Shown: positions 1 through 10,510, numbered from the stretch's first letter. The stretch: DNA of 64,000 nucleotides from an uncultured Puniceicoccaceae bacterium (GCA_963933835.1 CAWVVV010000001.1:224001-288000); one strand, 5' to 3'. A program made the numbers and translations. Notes: generated from the sequence alone by a model not told the origin.

Positions 1-168
1 GACAGTCTTGATCTCAACACCGGTAAAAACCGCCACGTCTACATCGGAGGCATCGGCTTCGAATTGTCCGAACGACAAGATCTCTCGATCGGCTACCGCT
101 GGGTCGATAAGATACAGTCGAAGAAAGACTACGGTGTCATGCAAACAGCCTACGATTTTAGCTTTTAA
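1..168 (+). CDS. 3' end of a probable outer-membrane beta-barrel protein (partial)
   Basis: Frame 1 is open from base 1 to TAA at 166-168 (DSLDLNTGKNRHVYIGGIGF...LSIGYRW...MQTAYDFSF). Alternating beta-strand pattern with a C-terminal Phe. Confidence 0.55.
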   Translation, partial: DSLDLNTGKNRHVYIGGIGFELSERQDLSIGYRWVDKIQSKKDYGVMQTAYDFSF

Positions 169-289
169 TTCATTTAGCGGTATTCCATTCAATCCTTGTA
201 GCAGCTGGAAATCTAGCCGGCGCTAGATAAACCTCAACGGAATCACAAGTGGCATTGCCATTTGCGAAATTCAAATCAAGTTTCCTCTC

Positions 290-844
290 ATGATCGACAA
301 TGAACGCACCCTAACCAGCGACGTCCCTGCGACGATCGTGCCGTATGGAGATCAAGTCGTTATCCCGGCTGAGACCGTCGTCACGATTACACACCGACTC
401 GGGGGCAATTTCACCGTCACCTGGAGTGGTGGTATGGCGCAGATCAACGGAGTCCATGCCGAGGCCCTAGGTGAGGAATCGACCGCTCCTAGTTCCGGAG
501 CGAGCACAACCACCAGCCACGAAGGGCCGCCGACCGAAGAAATGATTTGGGATGCGCTACGAGGCGTCTTTGATCCCGAAATCCCTGTCAATATCGTCGA
601 TCTCGGATTGATCTACAACATGACGATCGAAGAAGGCGACGCGGACAACACCTGGACGGTCAAAGTCGATATGACTCTCACTGCGCCCGGCTGCGGAATG
701 GGGCCTGCAATCGCCCAAGACGCGAAGATGAAGATTCAAGCGATCGCCAGCGTGCCAGAAGCCGCTGTCGACATCGTCTGGGATCCGCCATGGCATCAGG
801 ACATGATCAGCGAAGCGGGTAAGATGGAACTAGGGCTTCTTTAA
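290..844 (+). CDS. sufT: SufT/DUF59 (PaaD-like) Fe-S cluster assembly protein
   Basis: DPEIPVNIVDLGLIY, MTLTAPGCGMG and WDPPW motifs. Confidence 0.88.
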   Translation: MIDNERTLTSDVPATIVPYGDQVVIPAETVVTITHRLGGNFTVTWSGGMAQINGVHAEALGEESTAPSSGASTTTSHEGPPTEEMIWDALRGVFDPEIPVNIVDLGLIYNMTIEEGDADNTWTVKVDMTLTAPGCGMGPAIAQDAKMKIQAIASVPEAAVDIVWDPPWHQDMISEAGKMELGLL

Positions 845-862
845 CCCCCCAGCAGTCAAAGC

Positions 863-1342
863 ATGCCAGTCTACCGCGTTCTCTTCGTTTGTATGGGAAA
901 CATCTGTCGCTCGCCGGCTGGTGAGGGCATCTTCCGTCACCTCGTAGAGCGTGATGGCCTGTCAGACACGATCGCCTACGACTCCGCCGGCACGATTGGC
1001 TTTCACGAAGGTAATCCGCCCGACAGTCGAATGCGAGCAGCTGCCTTGAAGCGTGGTGTTGAGCTCGTCAGTCAGGCCCGACAAATCCGGCAAACAGATT
1101 TGGACACTTTTGATCTCATCCTCACAATGGACGACGAGAACTATGGAAACGTCCAAGCGCTCGCGCAGACCGACGAGCATCTCAAAAAAGTCCGACGCTT
1201 TTGCGCGTACTGCACCGACCATTCCGAAACTGAAGTGCCCGATCCCTACTACGGTGGCGCCCGCGGTTTCGAGCACGTCCTCGATCTACTCGAAGATGGA
1301 TGTGAACAGGTTTTGAAAGAAGCGATCGAAGAAATCTCCTGA
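863..1342 (+). CDS. Low-molecular-weight protein-tyrosine phosphatase
   Basis: VCMGNICRS P-loop and DPYYG motif. Confidence 0.95.
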   Translation: MPVYRVLFVCMGNICRSPAGEGIFRHLVERDGLSDTIAYDSAGTIGFHEGNPPDSRMRAAALKRGVELVSQARQIRQTDLDTFDLILTMDDENYGNVQALAQTDEHLKKVRRFCAYCTDHSETEVPDPYYGGARGFEHVLDLLEDGCEQVLKEAIEEIS

Positions 1343-1353
1343 GGGATTCTGCT

Positions 1354-2219
1354 ATGTGGTCCGACATCGCTGCCGCTATCACAGAACACACCGGTCAACT
1401 CTTCGAGCTAGAGGACACACGTCCTGTAGATGGAGGCTGCATCAATGAGTCTTACCGAATTGAGGCTAAAGACAGCCGTCGATTCTTTGTAAAAACGAAT
1501 GCGTCTGATGCTCAGGAAATGTTCTCCCGCGAGATGAGTTCCCTCAGAATTTTGCGAGAGACTCAAAGTATCTTCCTTCCAAAGCCTCTGAAAACGGGGT
1601 TATCCGATAATAAGGCCTATCTAATTCTCGAATACATCGACCTTGGGGGCACGGAGAAGCCAGCGCTAATGGGCCAACAGCTCGCTAGGCTTCACCTCAA
1701 CAACGGCGAGCAATATGGCTGGCATGAGGACAACTTCATCGGACTCACTCCCCAGAAGAACACCACGAACTACGACTGGATCGATTTCTATCGCTCGGAA
1801 CGACTCGCATACCAACTCCGCCTCAACCACGACAAAGGCCATCGCTACGAGCACGGGACTGCTCTTCTCGATAAAATCGAAGCCTTCTTTTCCGGCTATA
1901 CCCCAGTGCCATCGCTCCTTCATGGTGATTTCTGGACAGGCAATGCCGCCTACACTCAAAACGGATTTCCAGTCCTCTTCGATCCGGCTTCATACTACGG
2001 AGACCGCGAAACTGACCTCGCAATGACAGAGCTCTTCGGCGGCTTTTCACCAGAACTCTATGAGGCATATACAATGCGACATGGCCACTGGATGATGGCT
2101 ACACTCAGCGCAAGCCCCTCTACCAGCTCTATCATGTTTTGAATCACGCCTACCTTTTCGGCGGCAGCTACTACGCGCAGGCTGATCGCCTCATCAACAG
2201 GCTATACGCCTCTGTCTAG
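1354..2219 (+). pseudogene. Fructosamine kinase family protein, frameshifted near the 3' end
   Basis: GGCIN, FVKTN, LHGDFWTGN and DPASYYGDRETDLAMTELFGGF motifs. The family C-terminus (YNATWPLDDGYTQRKPLYQLYHVLNHAYLFGGSY...*) is in another frame after an apparent extra TA at about 2068, ending at TAG 2217-2219. Confidence 0.85.
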
Positions 2220-2224
2220 AGAGC

Positions 2225-4972
2225 CTACGCCTGAGCCCAGATCAGCCGGACAGCGTCCTCGCGAGCATCGGCAGTTTTCAGAACGTCGAGAACAGATAGT
2301 TTTTCAGCTTCAAGACGCTGCACTTCAACCGGATCGACGTGATCGTTAAGACGACTCAGTAGATGCAGGCGCTCGATCTCCGCGTCATAGGAACTCTCCG
2401 CTTTTATTAATGCATCAGCATAGACTTTTTTGGCCGTCAGTTCACTCCACTCCTTCGACCGTTCAAGCATCACAGGTAGTAGTCTTTTCCTTACAGCCCC
2501 CTTTTCAAGAATCGGACGCGGATCTCCATCGACGAGATCTCGATCTGCCCAGAGCACGTCATCAAGTTCTTCACCCGTATGATCAACGACGATACGGAAG
2601 GGCTCGGGCGGCAAGAATCTATCCACGTGCAAATCCTTCGGAGCAACCACCTCGATAACAAACCAGACTTCGAGAAAAACGCCGTCACTCGGAGCATCAG
2701 GCCAAATTGCAAAAGAGGAGTTGCCGTTCTCACTTCCGAGCAACTGGTCAAACGCAGCATTCAGGAGAGGATGATCTGCCGAGAAGAAAATAAGGTCCTC
2801 ACGGGCGATCGCTTCGCTGCGATCGAAGGTCACCGTCATGCCCTGCTCCGGAAGTCCAGGAAGCGTTTCGGCCATCAATACCCCCGGTGCCAACCGGTAG
2901 CGACGGGGAGCTAAATCCTTAATATTCAAACCGCAGGCATCAAAAACACCCAGGGCATACTTTTCGAAACTAGGATCAGATCCAAATTCATTGATCACCG
3001 AGATCAGCTCTTCGGCTTCGCGCTGTGCTTCAGGATGAACACCCAAAAGGCGGTCACGACCATCCGCCAGCTGTAGTCGAAATGCCGCTACACTCTCTAC
3101 TGCTTCTGAAATAATCGCCGCGAGCTCTCCTTCATTCATGGGGGCTCCCATAGCATCAAGCCGCGGACCGAAGGTCTCCCCGAAGCCATGCCCGCCGGGT
3201 AGACAAGTTTCAAATGCCTGAAGGCCTTCATGATACCAGCGCACCCAAGCTTCTTCCTGCGAACCCTTGATATATGGCACGTGAAGACGGATCGTTTCCG
3301 ACTGTCCAATTCGATCCAAGCGCCCGATTCTTTGCTCAAGCAACTCAGGTGCCGGTGGCACATCGAACAAAACCAAATGGTGCGCGAATTGAAAATTGCG
3401 ACCTTCACTCCCGATCTCGGAACACACGAGTAAGCGAGCGCCCTCTGGGTCAGAAAAGTAGGCTGCTTGGCGATCTCGTTGGATCAGAGTAAGGCCTTCA
3501 TGGAAGACCCCCATCGGCACGCGCACCTGTCGTTCGACCGCTGCCATGATCGTTTCAGCCATCTCTCGCGTATGCACAATGAGAAGCACTTTTGCCTCCT
3601 TCAACTCGGCCAGCAGATCGACCAACCAGCGAATCTTAGCGCTGAAGTGGACGCTATCGTCCTTCGCTTCAAGCGGGTGCAAGATCGCTTTTCTTTTCGG
3701 GAATCCACCCAGTGCACCACGCGTCGAACGGAAGAGGACGCGACCAGGACCAAAGGCATCGATCAAGCGAGAGACCACGGCCTCACTGGTGCGCGATACG
3801 CCATCCGGCCATTCGTCTAGAAGTCGGGCAACAACACTATCGCCCTTAGCCATCTTCGCGAAAGCCTTCTTCGAAAGACTCGCCGATGGACCCGTCTCGA
3901 GTTTTTCGACGAGGTCGGCAACGACATGGTAGCCCTGTGCCTCATATTCAAAAGCCGTCATTTCGGTAAAGCGATCTGGATCAAGGAGGCGTAGGCGTGC
4001 AAAGTGGCCAGCGGCGCCCAGTTGCTCGGGTGTCGCCGTGAGCAGAAGCAGGCCGGCGGTCTGCCGTGAGAGCTGATCAACGATTACATACGCGGGACTT
4101 GCAGCCTCTGGACTCCATTCCAAGTGGTGCGCTTCATCCACTACGAGCATGTCCCACGGGGTACTCAGCACCGCTTCGGCTACAGCAGGGGCAGACACGA
4201 TAAAATCCTGACTGACAATAATCCACTGCTCTTCAAGAAAAGGGTTTCGCTCACGATCGTGGCGCTGAATCTCTTCAAAGCGCTCTTCGTCAAAAAGGCT
4301 GAAAGAGAGGTTAAATCGCCTCAGCAATTCGATAAACCATTGGTGTATGAGAGAATCGGGTACAACGATGAGGATACGTTCCGCCTGATGAGTGAGGAGC
4401 ATGCGATGGAGGACGAGACACGCTTCAATCGTTTTCCCCAGGCCCACCTCATCCGCTAAGAGGGCACGAGGCCCCGCCAAGCGAAGCACCGCACTGGCGG
4501 TTGCAAGCTGATGCGGTAATAGCTGAATACGCGCTCCGAGGTAGCCCCGGGCTTTCGAACACCGCCACTGGGCCCGTCGCTTGAGAGAATCGATTCGCAG
4601 GTCGTAGGTTTCGCGGTCGTCTATCATGCCCGCTTTGAGCCTTTCTTCCGGCCGACTGAATCGAATCGTGTCCGACAGTTCACACTCGGGAACAACCGCC
4701 TCAGGGGTGATATAAACGAAGCAACCGTTCAGCTCCTGTACTTCATCGACCGTAAGACCACTAGCGCTCCGAGACTGAATCACGTCTCCAACCTCAAACT
4801 GCACCCGGCGAAGCGGCGCCGATGAGAGGGCAAAGAGGCGTTTCTCGCCCGCCGCTCGGAACTCCAGCTCGATCCGGCCGTATTCGCAGCTCAAGACCGT
4901 TCCAAGCCCAAGCTCAGGTTCGGCTTCACTGGCCCACCGCTGGCCGGGGACGATTTTAGTTGGAGTCGACAT
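2225..4972 (-). CDS. rapA: RNA polymerase-associated SWI2/SNF2 ATPase RapA
   Basis: GQRWASEAEPELGLG N-terminus; LADEVGLGKT, DEAHH, TATP, SEGRNFQF and EQRIGRLDRIGQ motifs. Start placed at MSTPTK. Confidence 0.95.
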   Translation of the reverse strand: MSTPTKIVPGQRWASEAEPELGLGTVLSCEYGRIELEFRAAGEKRLFALSSAPLRRVQFEVGDVIQSRSASGLTVDEVQELNGCFVYITPEAVVPECELSDTIRFSRPEERLKAGMIDDRETYDLRIDSLKRRAQWRCSKARGYLGARIQLLPHQLATASAVLRLAGPRALLADEVGLGKTIEACLVLHRMLLTHQAERILIVVPDSLIHQWFIELLRRFNLSFSLFDEERFEEIQRHDRERNPFLEEQWIIVSQDFIVSAPAVAEAVLSTPWDMLVVDEAHHLEWSPEAASPAYVIVDQLSRQTAGLLLLTATPEQLGAAGHFARLRLLDPDRFTEMTAFEYEAQGYHVVADLVEKLETGPSASLSKKAFAKMAKGDSVVARLLDEWPDGVSRTSEAVVSRLIDAFGPGRVLFRSTRGALGGFPKRKAILHPLEAKDDSVHFSAKIRWLVDLLAELKEAKVLLIVHTREMAETIMAAVERQVRVPMGVFHEGLTLIQRDRQAAYFSDPEGARLLVCSEIGSEGRNFQFAHHLVLFDVPPAPELLEQRIGRLDRIGQSETIRLHVPYIKGSQEEAWVRWYHEGLQAFETCLPGGHGFGETFGPRLDAMGAPMNEGELAAIISEAVESVAAFRLQLADGRDRLLGVHPEAQREAEELISVINEFGSDPSFEKYALGVFDACGLNIKDLAPRRYRLAPGVLMAETLPGLPEQGMTVTFDRSEAIAREDLIFFSADHPLLNAAFDQLLGSENGNSSFAIWPDAPSDGVFLEVWFVIEVVAPKDLHVDRFLPPEPFRIVVDHTGEELDDVLWADRDLVDGDPRPILEKGAVRKRLLPVMLERSKEWSELTAKKVYADALIKAESSYDAEIERLHLLSRLNDHVDPVEVQRLEAEKLSVLDVLKTADAREDAVRLIWAQA

Positions 4973-5092
4973 CACGGACAGTCTTCGCACGTCCGATCGT
5001 GTCGCAAGAACTAGATGCTCCAAAAGGCTCCTCTCTTAGCAAAAGGCGATTACGAGATTGCCCTCGCGGAAGCCATATGGATTTTTCAAGGC

Positions 5093-6130
5093 ATGGAGAC
5101 GCCCTTGCGTTACCTTGGTGAATGGGAACGACACGACGCGGTTTGGCTTGCATGGCCAAGCAACCAAGCCCCATGGGGTGAAACACCTCCGGAAGCCGTT
5201 CAAGCCGAGTTTACTGCCTTCTGTCATGCAATTGCAGATCCTGACGCCAATACTGGAAAACTCAGAGGTGAGCCCCTCAACATCCTCGTCCCTCATCTCG
5301 AGGCAGAAAACGCCGCTAGGGCAGCCATGGGTAACCTCAATGCAACCTATCACCCGATTCCATACGGCGATATTTGGCTACGAGATACCGGGCCTATTTT
5401 CATCAAACAGGGCCATCAAAGGCAGGCTACCGCTTTTCGTTTTAATGGTTGGGGCCAAAAGTTTATCTACCCAAACGATGATACGGTTGCGGTAAATATC
5501 GCGCGGGCCAGCGGCGATCCACCCATCGAGAAAAATTGGATTCTTGAAGGCGGTTCGATCGAATCCGATGGAGAAGGGACACTCCTCACAACGGAGGAAT
5601 GCCTCCTCAACCCAAACCGGAATCCGACCCTTTCGCGCACTGAGATCGAAGCCAATCTCCGCGAGGACATCGGCGCCTCAAAAGTGCTCTGGCTCAAACA
5701 AGGGCTCATTGGCGATCACACCGATGGGCATATCGACAACGTGGCCCGCTTCATCGCCCCGGGGCGCGTCGTCTGCATGGCTTCTAGTGATCCGCTCGAT
5801 CCGAACCACGATCGCCTACGCTCAATTCAAAAGGAACTAGGAAGGATGACGGATGCGAAAGGACGCCGCCTTGACCTTTCGACCGTTCCATCGCCTGGCC
5901 GTGTCTACGACCGCGAGCGCAAACTCATGCCTGCGAGCTATCTGAATTTCTACCTCTCGAACAGTCGCGTCATTGTCCCGACGTATCAAAGTTCCTATGA
6001 CAGCGCAGTCGTCCAAGCATTTCAGAGCTTATTTCCAGAGCGAGAAGTGATCGGCTCTCCGAGTTGGAACATCTTGCATGGGGGCGGATCCTTTCATTGC
6101 ATTACCCAACACGTCCCCACCCTCCCATGA
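5093..6130 (+). CDS. aguA: Agmatine deiminase
   Basis: EWERH, DIWLRDTGP, LEGGSIESDG, DHTDGHID and GGGSFHCITQ (catalytic Cys) motifs. Confidence 0.93.
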   Translation: METPLRYLGEWERHDAVWLAWPSNQAPWGETPPEAVQAEFTAFCHAIADPDANTGKLRGEPLNILVPHLEAENAARAAMGNLNATYHPIPYGDIWLRDTGPIFIKQGHQRQATAFRFNGWGQKFIYPNDDTVAVNIARASGDPPIEKNWILEGGSIESDGEGTLLTTEECLLNPNRNPTLSRTEIEANLREDIGASKVLWLKQGLIGDHTDGHIDNVARFIAPGRVVCMASSDPLDPNHDRLRSIQKELGRMTDAKGRRLDLSTVPSPGRVYDRERKLMPASYLNFYLSNSRVIVPTYQSSYDSAVVQAFQSLFPEREVIGSPSWNILHGGGSFHCITQHVPTLP

Positions 6131-6966
6131 TCACCGTCGCAGCCATCCAGGAAGCCTTCTCTGAAGATATTGAGTCCAATTGTGCCCTGATCCAAGGCCA
6201 TGTTGCCGAAGCCGCAAATTCTGGAGCGCAGATCGTCCTGCCTCCTGAACTCTTTCAAGGTCACTACTTCTGCAAAACCGAAACGGCAGAGCCCTTTTCA
6301 ACCGCTTACGCGACGGAGAAACACCCTGTCGTCATCGCGATGCAGGAAGCAGCGAAAGCGCATGGCATCGCCATCCCGACTTCTTTTTTTGAGAAAGACG
6401 GCCCACACTATTACAACAGTCTCGCGATGATCGACGGCGACGGGACGATTCTTGGCGTCTACCGCAAAAGCCACATCCCCGATGGGCCCGGATACGAAGA
6501 GAAGTTCTACTTTCGCCCCGGCAATACGGGCTTTCGCGTCTGGGAAACTGGATACGGAACGATCGGTGTCGGCATCTGCTGGGATCAGTGGTTCCCTGAG
6601 TGTGCCCGTGCGATGACGCTAGCAGGCGCCGATATTCTCTTCTACCCCACTGCTATCGGCTCCGAACCCGAAGAACCCGACTTTGACACCGCCGCCCCAT
6701 GGCGCCGTGCAATGCAGGGGCATGCTGTCTGCAATGTCGCGCCCGTCGTCGCGGCCAACCGCATCGGAAATGAAGCTGGCCAAATTTTCTATGGAACGAG
6801 TTTTATTTGTGATCAATTTGGCGACATCATCACTGAAGCCGACCGCACCAAATCGACCCTTTTGAAAGCGACCTTCGATCTAGACCAGATCCGCGAGGAT
6901 CGTTCAACGATGGGCTTCTTCAGGGATCGCAGACCAGAACTATACACCGACCTGACCCAAACCTGA
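6127..6966 (+). CDS. aguB: N-carbamoylputrescine amidase
   Basis: Nitrilase triad (PELF, YRKSHIPDGPGYEEKFYF, ICWDQWFPE); ATGA overlap with aguA. Confidence 0.93.
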   Translation: MITVAAIQEAFSEDIESNCALIQGHVAEAANSGAQIVLPPELFQGHYFCKTETAEPFSTAYATEKHPVVIAMQEAAKAHGIAIPTSFFEKDGPHYYNSLAMIDGDGTILGVYRKSHIPDGPGYEEKFYFRPGNTGFRVWETGYGTIGVGICWDQWFPECARAMTLAGADILFYPTAIGSEPEEPDFDTAAPWRRAMQGHAVCNVAPVVAANRIGNEAGQIFYGTSFICDQFGDIITEADRTKSTLLKATFDLDQIREDRSTMGFFRDRRPELYTDLTQT

Positions 6967-6979
6967 ATTCCAACAAACT

Positions 6980-7534
6980 ATGCCGTTCAGCCTCAGTATC
7001 GATGACACCTTAGACCTCCGCCTGCTCGGGCTGGAAGACGCCGCAAAAATGTCTGAGCTGATTCATGGCAACCGCGCCTTTCTTCGGCAATGGCTACCTT
7101 GGGTTGACGGGGAGCATCGCCCAAGCGACTCCGCGAAGGTGATCAATCTTTGGCGACAGAGCTACGCCAAAGGGAGTGGTTTTTCTCTAGGCATTATTTT
7201 TCAAAACGAACTAGTTGGCATCATCGGCTACCACGGTTTCGACCAAGTAAATCGCATTACCAGCATCGGCTACTGGCTGATCGAATCTGAGACGGGGAAG
7301 GGCATCATGACGCGATCTATTCGCACCCTTATGAACTACGCCATCGAAGAACGGAATATGAACCGTATTTTTGTGCGCTGCGCCACTGGGAACACCGCCA
7401 GTCGCGCTATCCCGGAGCGCCTCGGCTTCACCCACGAAGGCACCCAACGCGATGCCGAATGGCTCTACGACCACTACGTCAATCTCGAGCTCTATGCCAT
7501 CCTCGCCCACGAGTGGACAACGGAGCATAACTAA
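6980..7534 (+). CDS. RimJ/RimL-family GNAT acetyltransferase
   Basis: LRQWLPW, IGYWL...GKGIMT and NTASRAIPERLGFTHEG motifs. Confidence 0.9.
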   Translation: MPFSLSIDDTLDLRLLGLEDAAKMSELIHGNRAFLRQWLPWVDGEHRPSDSAKVINLWRQSYAKGSGFSLGIIFQNELVGIIGYHGFDQVNRITSIGYWLIESETGKGIMTRSIRTLMNYAIEERNMNRIFVRCATGNTASRAIPERLGFTHEGTQRDAEWLYDHYVNLELYAILAHEWTTEHN

Positions 7535-7539
7535 CTCTT

Positions 7540-8187
7540 ATGAACCCAATTAAAGAAATCAAACGCCAGACTTCGTCAGCCAACCTGCCTCAGGCCCTCA
7601 CCTGGGACGGCGCTCACTTCTGGATGGGCTCTCTCGACACCCAGTCAATTTACCAGCTCAACCCCGCGACATGGCAAGTGCTCTGCGAGACAAAAACACC
7701 CGGCTATCCATTCAGCCTCGTCTCGGTCGCGAACGAGCTCCGCGTCCTTACCGGTGAAACCTCCGAAGACGACCGCTACATTCGCCGTCTAGTTCCCGGC
7801 CAAGGCTTTGATCCCGATTTCAAAGTTGCCCTTCCCGAGCTCACCGGCTCCCAGCTCAGCTATGACGGCACAAGCATCTATGTTAGTCAGTGGTATAACC
7901 AGCAGGTCCTTCGCCTCGACGAAGAAGGCAATATCACACGGACCCTCAGCGTCCCTCACGGTATTAGCGGCCAAGTCATTCTCGGTGATGTCCTCTACCT
8001 CATCACGACCGACGACGAAGAAAACGGCGACTACTGGCTCACCCGCCTAAACCTCAAAGACGAAAACCCCGTCCCTGAAGACATCGCCCTCGTCCCCTTT
8101 CCTGCGCGTTCTCTCACCCACGACGGCACTCACTTCTGGACCCACCACCGCGCTGCAGGCGAAGCCGTGTGCTTCGAACTCACCTAA
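7540..8187 (+). CDS. Hypothetical beta-propeller protein (glutaminyl cyclase-like repeats)
   Basis: Repeated blades LTWDGAHFW, LSYDGTSIY and LTHDGTHFW. Confidence 0.6.
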   Translation: MNPIKEIKRQTSSANLPQALTWDGAHFWMGSLDTQSIYQLNPATWQVLCETKTPGYPFSLVSVANELRVLTGETSEDDRYIRRLVPGQGFDPDFKVALPELTGSQLSYDGTSIYVSQWYNQQVLRLDEEGNITRTLSVPHGISGQVILGDVLYLITTDDEENGDYWLTRLNLKDENPVPEDIALVPFPARSLTHDGTHFWTHHRAAGEAVCFELT

Positions 8188-8262
8188 GAAAGATTGCCGA
8201 CACAGCACTGACAATACCGCTTGAGAAATCATCCGCGGTAGATCACATTGCACCTCAATTCT

Positions 8263-8940
8263 ATGTTTCGCACCTTTCGCAAATGGTTCTTTTCCGGCCT
8301 TCTCGTTGTCGCCCCGATTGGGGTTACGCTCTTCGTCATCATTTTCCTCATGGACAAGGTGGCGGTGCCCGCACGCAACCTGATGTTTCCTGGCGATCGA
8401 ATTTCCGAGCTGACGACTTACCAGCTCTGGGGGCTCAATATCTTCGCCTTCGCCACTGTCTTGAGCTTCGTGATGCTTTTGGGGTGGCTTTCACAGCTCG
8501 TTATCGGACGGTGGATAGTTCTTACTTTCGAGCGGATCGTCGGCACCGTCCCAGTCGTGCGCACGGTCTACAACACCGTAAAGCAGATCCGCGATACCTT
8601 TGTCCAACAGCAGAAGGCTGTCTTCCAAAAAACCGTCCTGCTCGAGTATCCGCGCAAAGGCGTTTGGGTTCTCGGATTTCTCACTGGGACTGGGCGTGGT
8701 GAAATCCAAGAAAAAACAGAAGCAGATCTGGTCAATATCTTCGTCCCAACGACGCCTAACCCGACAAGCGGCTTCCTCCTCATGGTGCCAATTGTAGATG
8801 TCAAATTCCTCGAAATGAGCGTTTCTGACGGAATGAAGCTGATCATCAGCGGAGGCGCAGTGGTCCCTTCATATCCACCAGAGAAAAAGCCGGAGCTACC
8901 AGAAAACGATGCGACCGAAGACGCCTCGCCGACTGATTGA
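8263..8940 (+). CDS. DUF502 family membrane protein
   Basis: Two TM helices, EYPRKG and FVPTTPNPTSGFL motifs. Confidence 0.9.
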   Translation: MFRTFRKWFFSGLLVVAPIGVTLFVIIFLMDKVAVPARNLMFPGDRISELTTYQLWGLNIFAFATVLSFVMLLGWLSQLVIGRWIVLTFERIVGTVPVVRTVYNTVKQIRDTFVQQQKAVFQKTVLLEYPRKGVWVLGFLTGTGRGEIQEKTEADLVNIFVPTTPNPTSGFLLMVPIVDVKFLEMSVSDGMKLIISGGAVVPSYPPEKKPELPENDATEDASPTD

Positions 8941-9569
8941 TGTCGGAAGCGTCACAACTTCTCACTACGATCGTTCTCGCTCGTATCGAGCAAGGTGAAC
9001 GCTACTGGCGTTATCAGCTCTTTCACCCTGAAGAGGGCCCCGTCGAAGCACTCTTTCGGCGCTCAACCAAGAGTGCAGGACATGCCCCACCGGACCTTTT
9101 TCAGATCATCGCTGTCAGCCTCAACAAGGTGGGCAAGAGCAAGCTCCCATTCATCACTGAGTTCGCCCTAAAAGAAGACCATGCCGCCCTCGCGCACTCT
9201 TACCCTGCCCTCAAAGAGGCAACTAGTTTCACGCGGACGATCTGGAAAAATCTTCGCCACGCAGAGTTTTTTCCACCCCTCTACACTCTATGCATACAGG
9301 CTCTAGAAGCTTTCGAGTCCGGCATCTCCCCCGAGCTTGTCCATTTTAAAGCCCTCTACCGCCTCGCCCGCGAAGAAGGCTATCCAGTGAAGGAACAATG
9401 GTGGGCTCAGAAACCCGAAGATGAACGCGCAGCGATTGCCGATTTGATCCAGAAACCCGTAGCAGAAATCCAATTACAGGGAGAGCTACGAGCTTACCTC
9501 GATGATCTCAAACACTACCTCCATCATCAGACAGAGATCTTGATCCCTGACCTGATGCTCAATAAATAA
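8937..9569 (+). CDS. Divergent RecO-like DNA repair protein
   Basis: N-terminal IVL...GE...LF..EEG pattern resembles the RecO OB fold; helical C-terminus with LAREEGY. Confidence 0.5.
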   Translation: MMSEASQLLTTIVLARIEQGERYWRYQLFHPEEGPVEALFRRSTKSAGHAPPDLFQIIAVSLNKVGKSKLPFITEFALKEDHAALAHSYPALKEATSFTRTIWKNLRHAEFFPPLYTLCIQALEAFESGISPELVHFKALYRLAREEGYPVKEQWWAQKPEDERAAIADLIQKPVAEIQLQGELRAYLDDLKHYLHHQTEILIPDLMLNK

Positions 9570-9571
9570 GC

Positions 9572-10462
9572 TCACTGCGGATAAAACACATCGACTCTGC
9601 GAAGATATCGAATCGTATCAACCGGATAGTTACCGGGAGCCAAGCCTGCTGTAAAATCCGGATCCGCTACAGTCAACGGATTCCACGCCGCGAGGCGGGT
9701 CCAGTTGAAAAGGTCTGTCGAGGAATAGAGCCAAGCCTGCGCTGAGGCTGGTCGATTCATGTGTATCAACGGGGTGCCATCCCCAGGGAAAGTGACGCGG
9801 ATTGAATCGGAATAAACCTCAGGAAGCGAGACGACTGACTCGTCCCACGCTAAAGCAGCTGCCCCAGATCGCACAATCTCGGCCGAGTTAATCACCGCAG
9901 CTTCCGGCGGGTTCACATCATCTGGACTCCGGCTCACCGAGCCAATCAAGCGCACTATTTCGATACCTTCAACAATTCTACCGAAAACCGTGTGTAAGTC
10001 ATCGAGTTCCGGTGTTGCACGCAGCGTAATGAAAAACTGACTCCCGTTGGTATTGACACCGCTATTTGCCATCGAAAGCACCCCTTCAGCTTCATGCGTC
10101 AATCCGTCGACAAACTCATCTGCAAAGCTGTAACCCGGCCCGTCTGTTCCTTGTCCGTTTGGAGAACCAGCCTGAATGACGAAGTTAGTCACAACACGGT
10201 GAAATGTAATCCCATCGTAGAACGGTGCCTGCGAAATTTCCCCCGTTAATTTATCAAAGTATGCTTTGGTTCCAGCTGCCAGGCCGACGAAATTTCCCAC
10301 CGTGATCGGCACTTGGTCGTAATCGAGTTCAACCGTAATCTCACCCGCCGAGGTATCGAAAACTGCGTAAATACCATCCTCCGTCAGAACAAAAGCCGAG
10401 GCCAGCGATGCTAGTCCTAGGATTATCAATCCGGAGTATAAGAGGTGTGAACGCATTGGCAT
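9572..10462 (-). CDS. Secreted cyclophilin-type peptidyl-prolyl isomerase with C-terminal extension
   Basis: Signal peptide; FYDGITFHRVV..FVIQAG, LSMANSG..TNGSQFFIT and HTVFGR motifs. Confidence 0.92.
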   Translation of the reverse strand: MPMRSHLLYSGLIILGLASLASAFVLTEDGIYAVFDTSAGEITVELDYDQVPITVGNFVGLAAGTKAYFDKLTGEISQAPFYDGITFHRVVTNFVIQAGSPNGQGTDGPGYSFADEFVDGLTHEAEGVLSMANSGVNTNGSQFFITLRATPELDDLHTVFGRIVEGIEIVRLIGSVSRSPDDVNPPEAAVINSAEIVRSGAAALAWDESVVSLPEVYSDSIRVTFPGDGTPLIHMNRPASAQAWLYSSTDLFNWTRLAAWNPLTVADPDFTAGLAPGNYPVDTIRYLRRVDVFYPQ

Positions 10463-10510
10463 AAGACGACGCTAAGATTCCAACAATGGCAAGTATGAGC
10501 CTCGGTAAAC

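Noticed and set aside
8..226. 72-aa ORF in the track
   Set aside because: Overlaps a more protein-like frame-1 ORF end (1-168) and has no recognisable motif
2225..4972. SNF2 helicase as a defence-system component
   Set aside because: It has the RapA-specific N-terminus and no neighbouring defence genes
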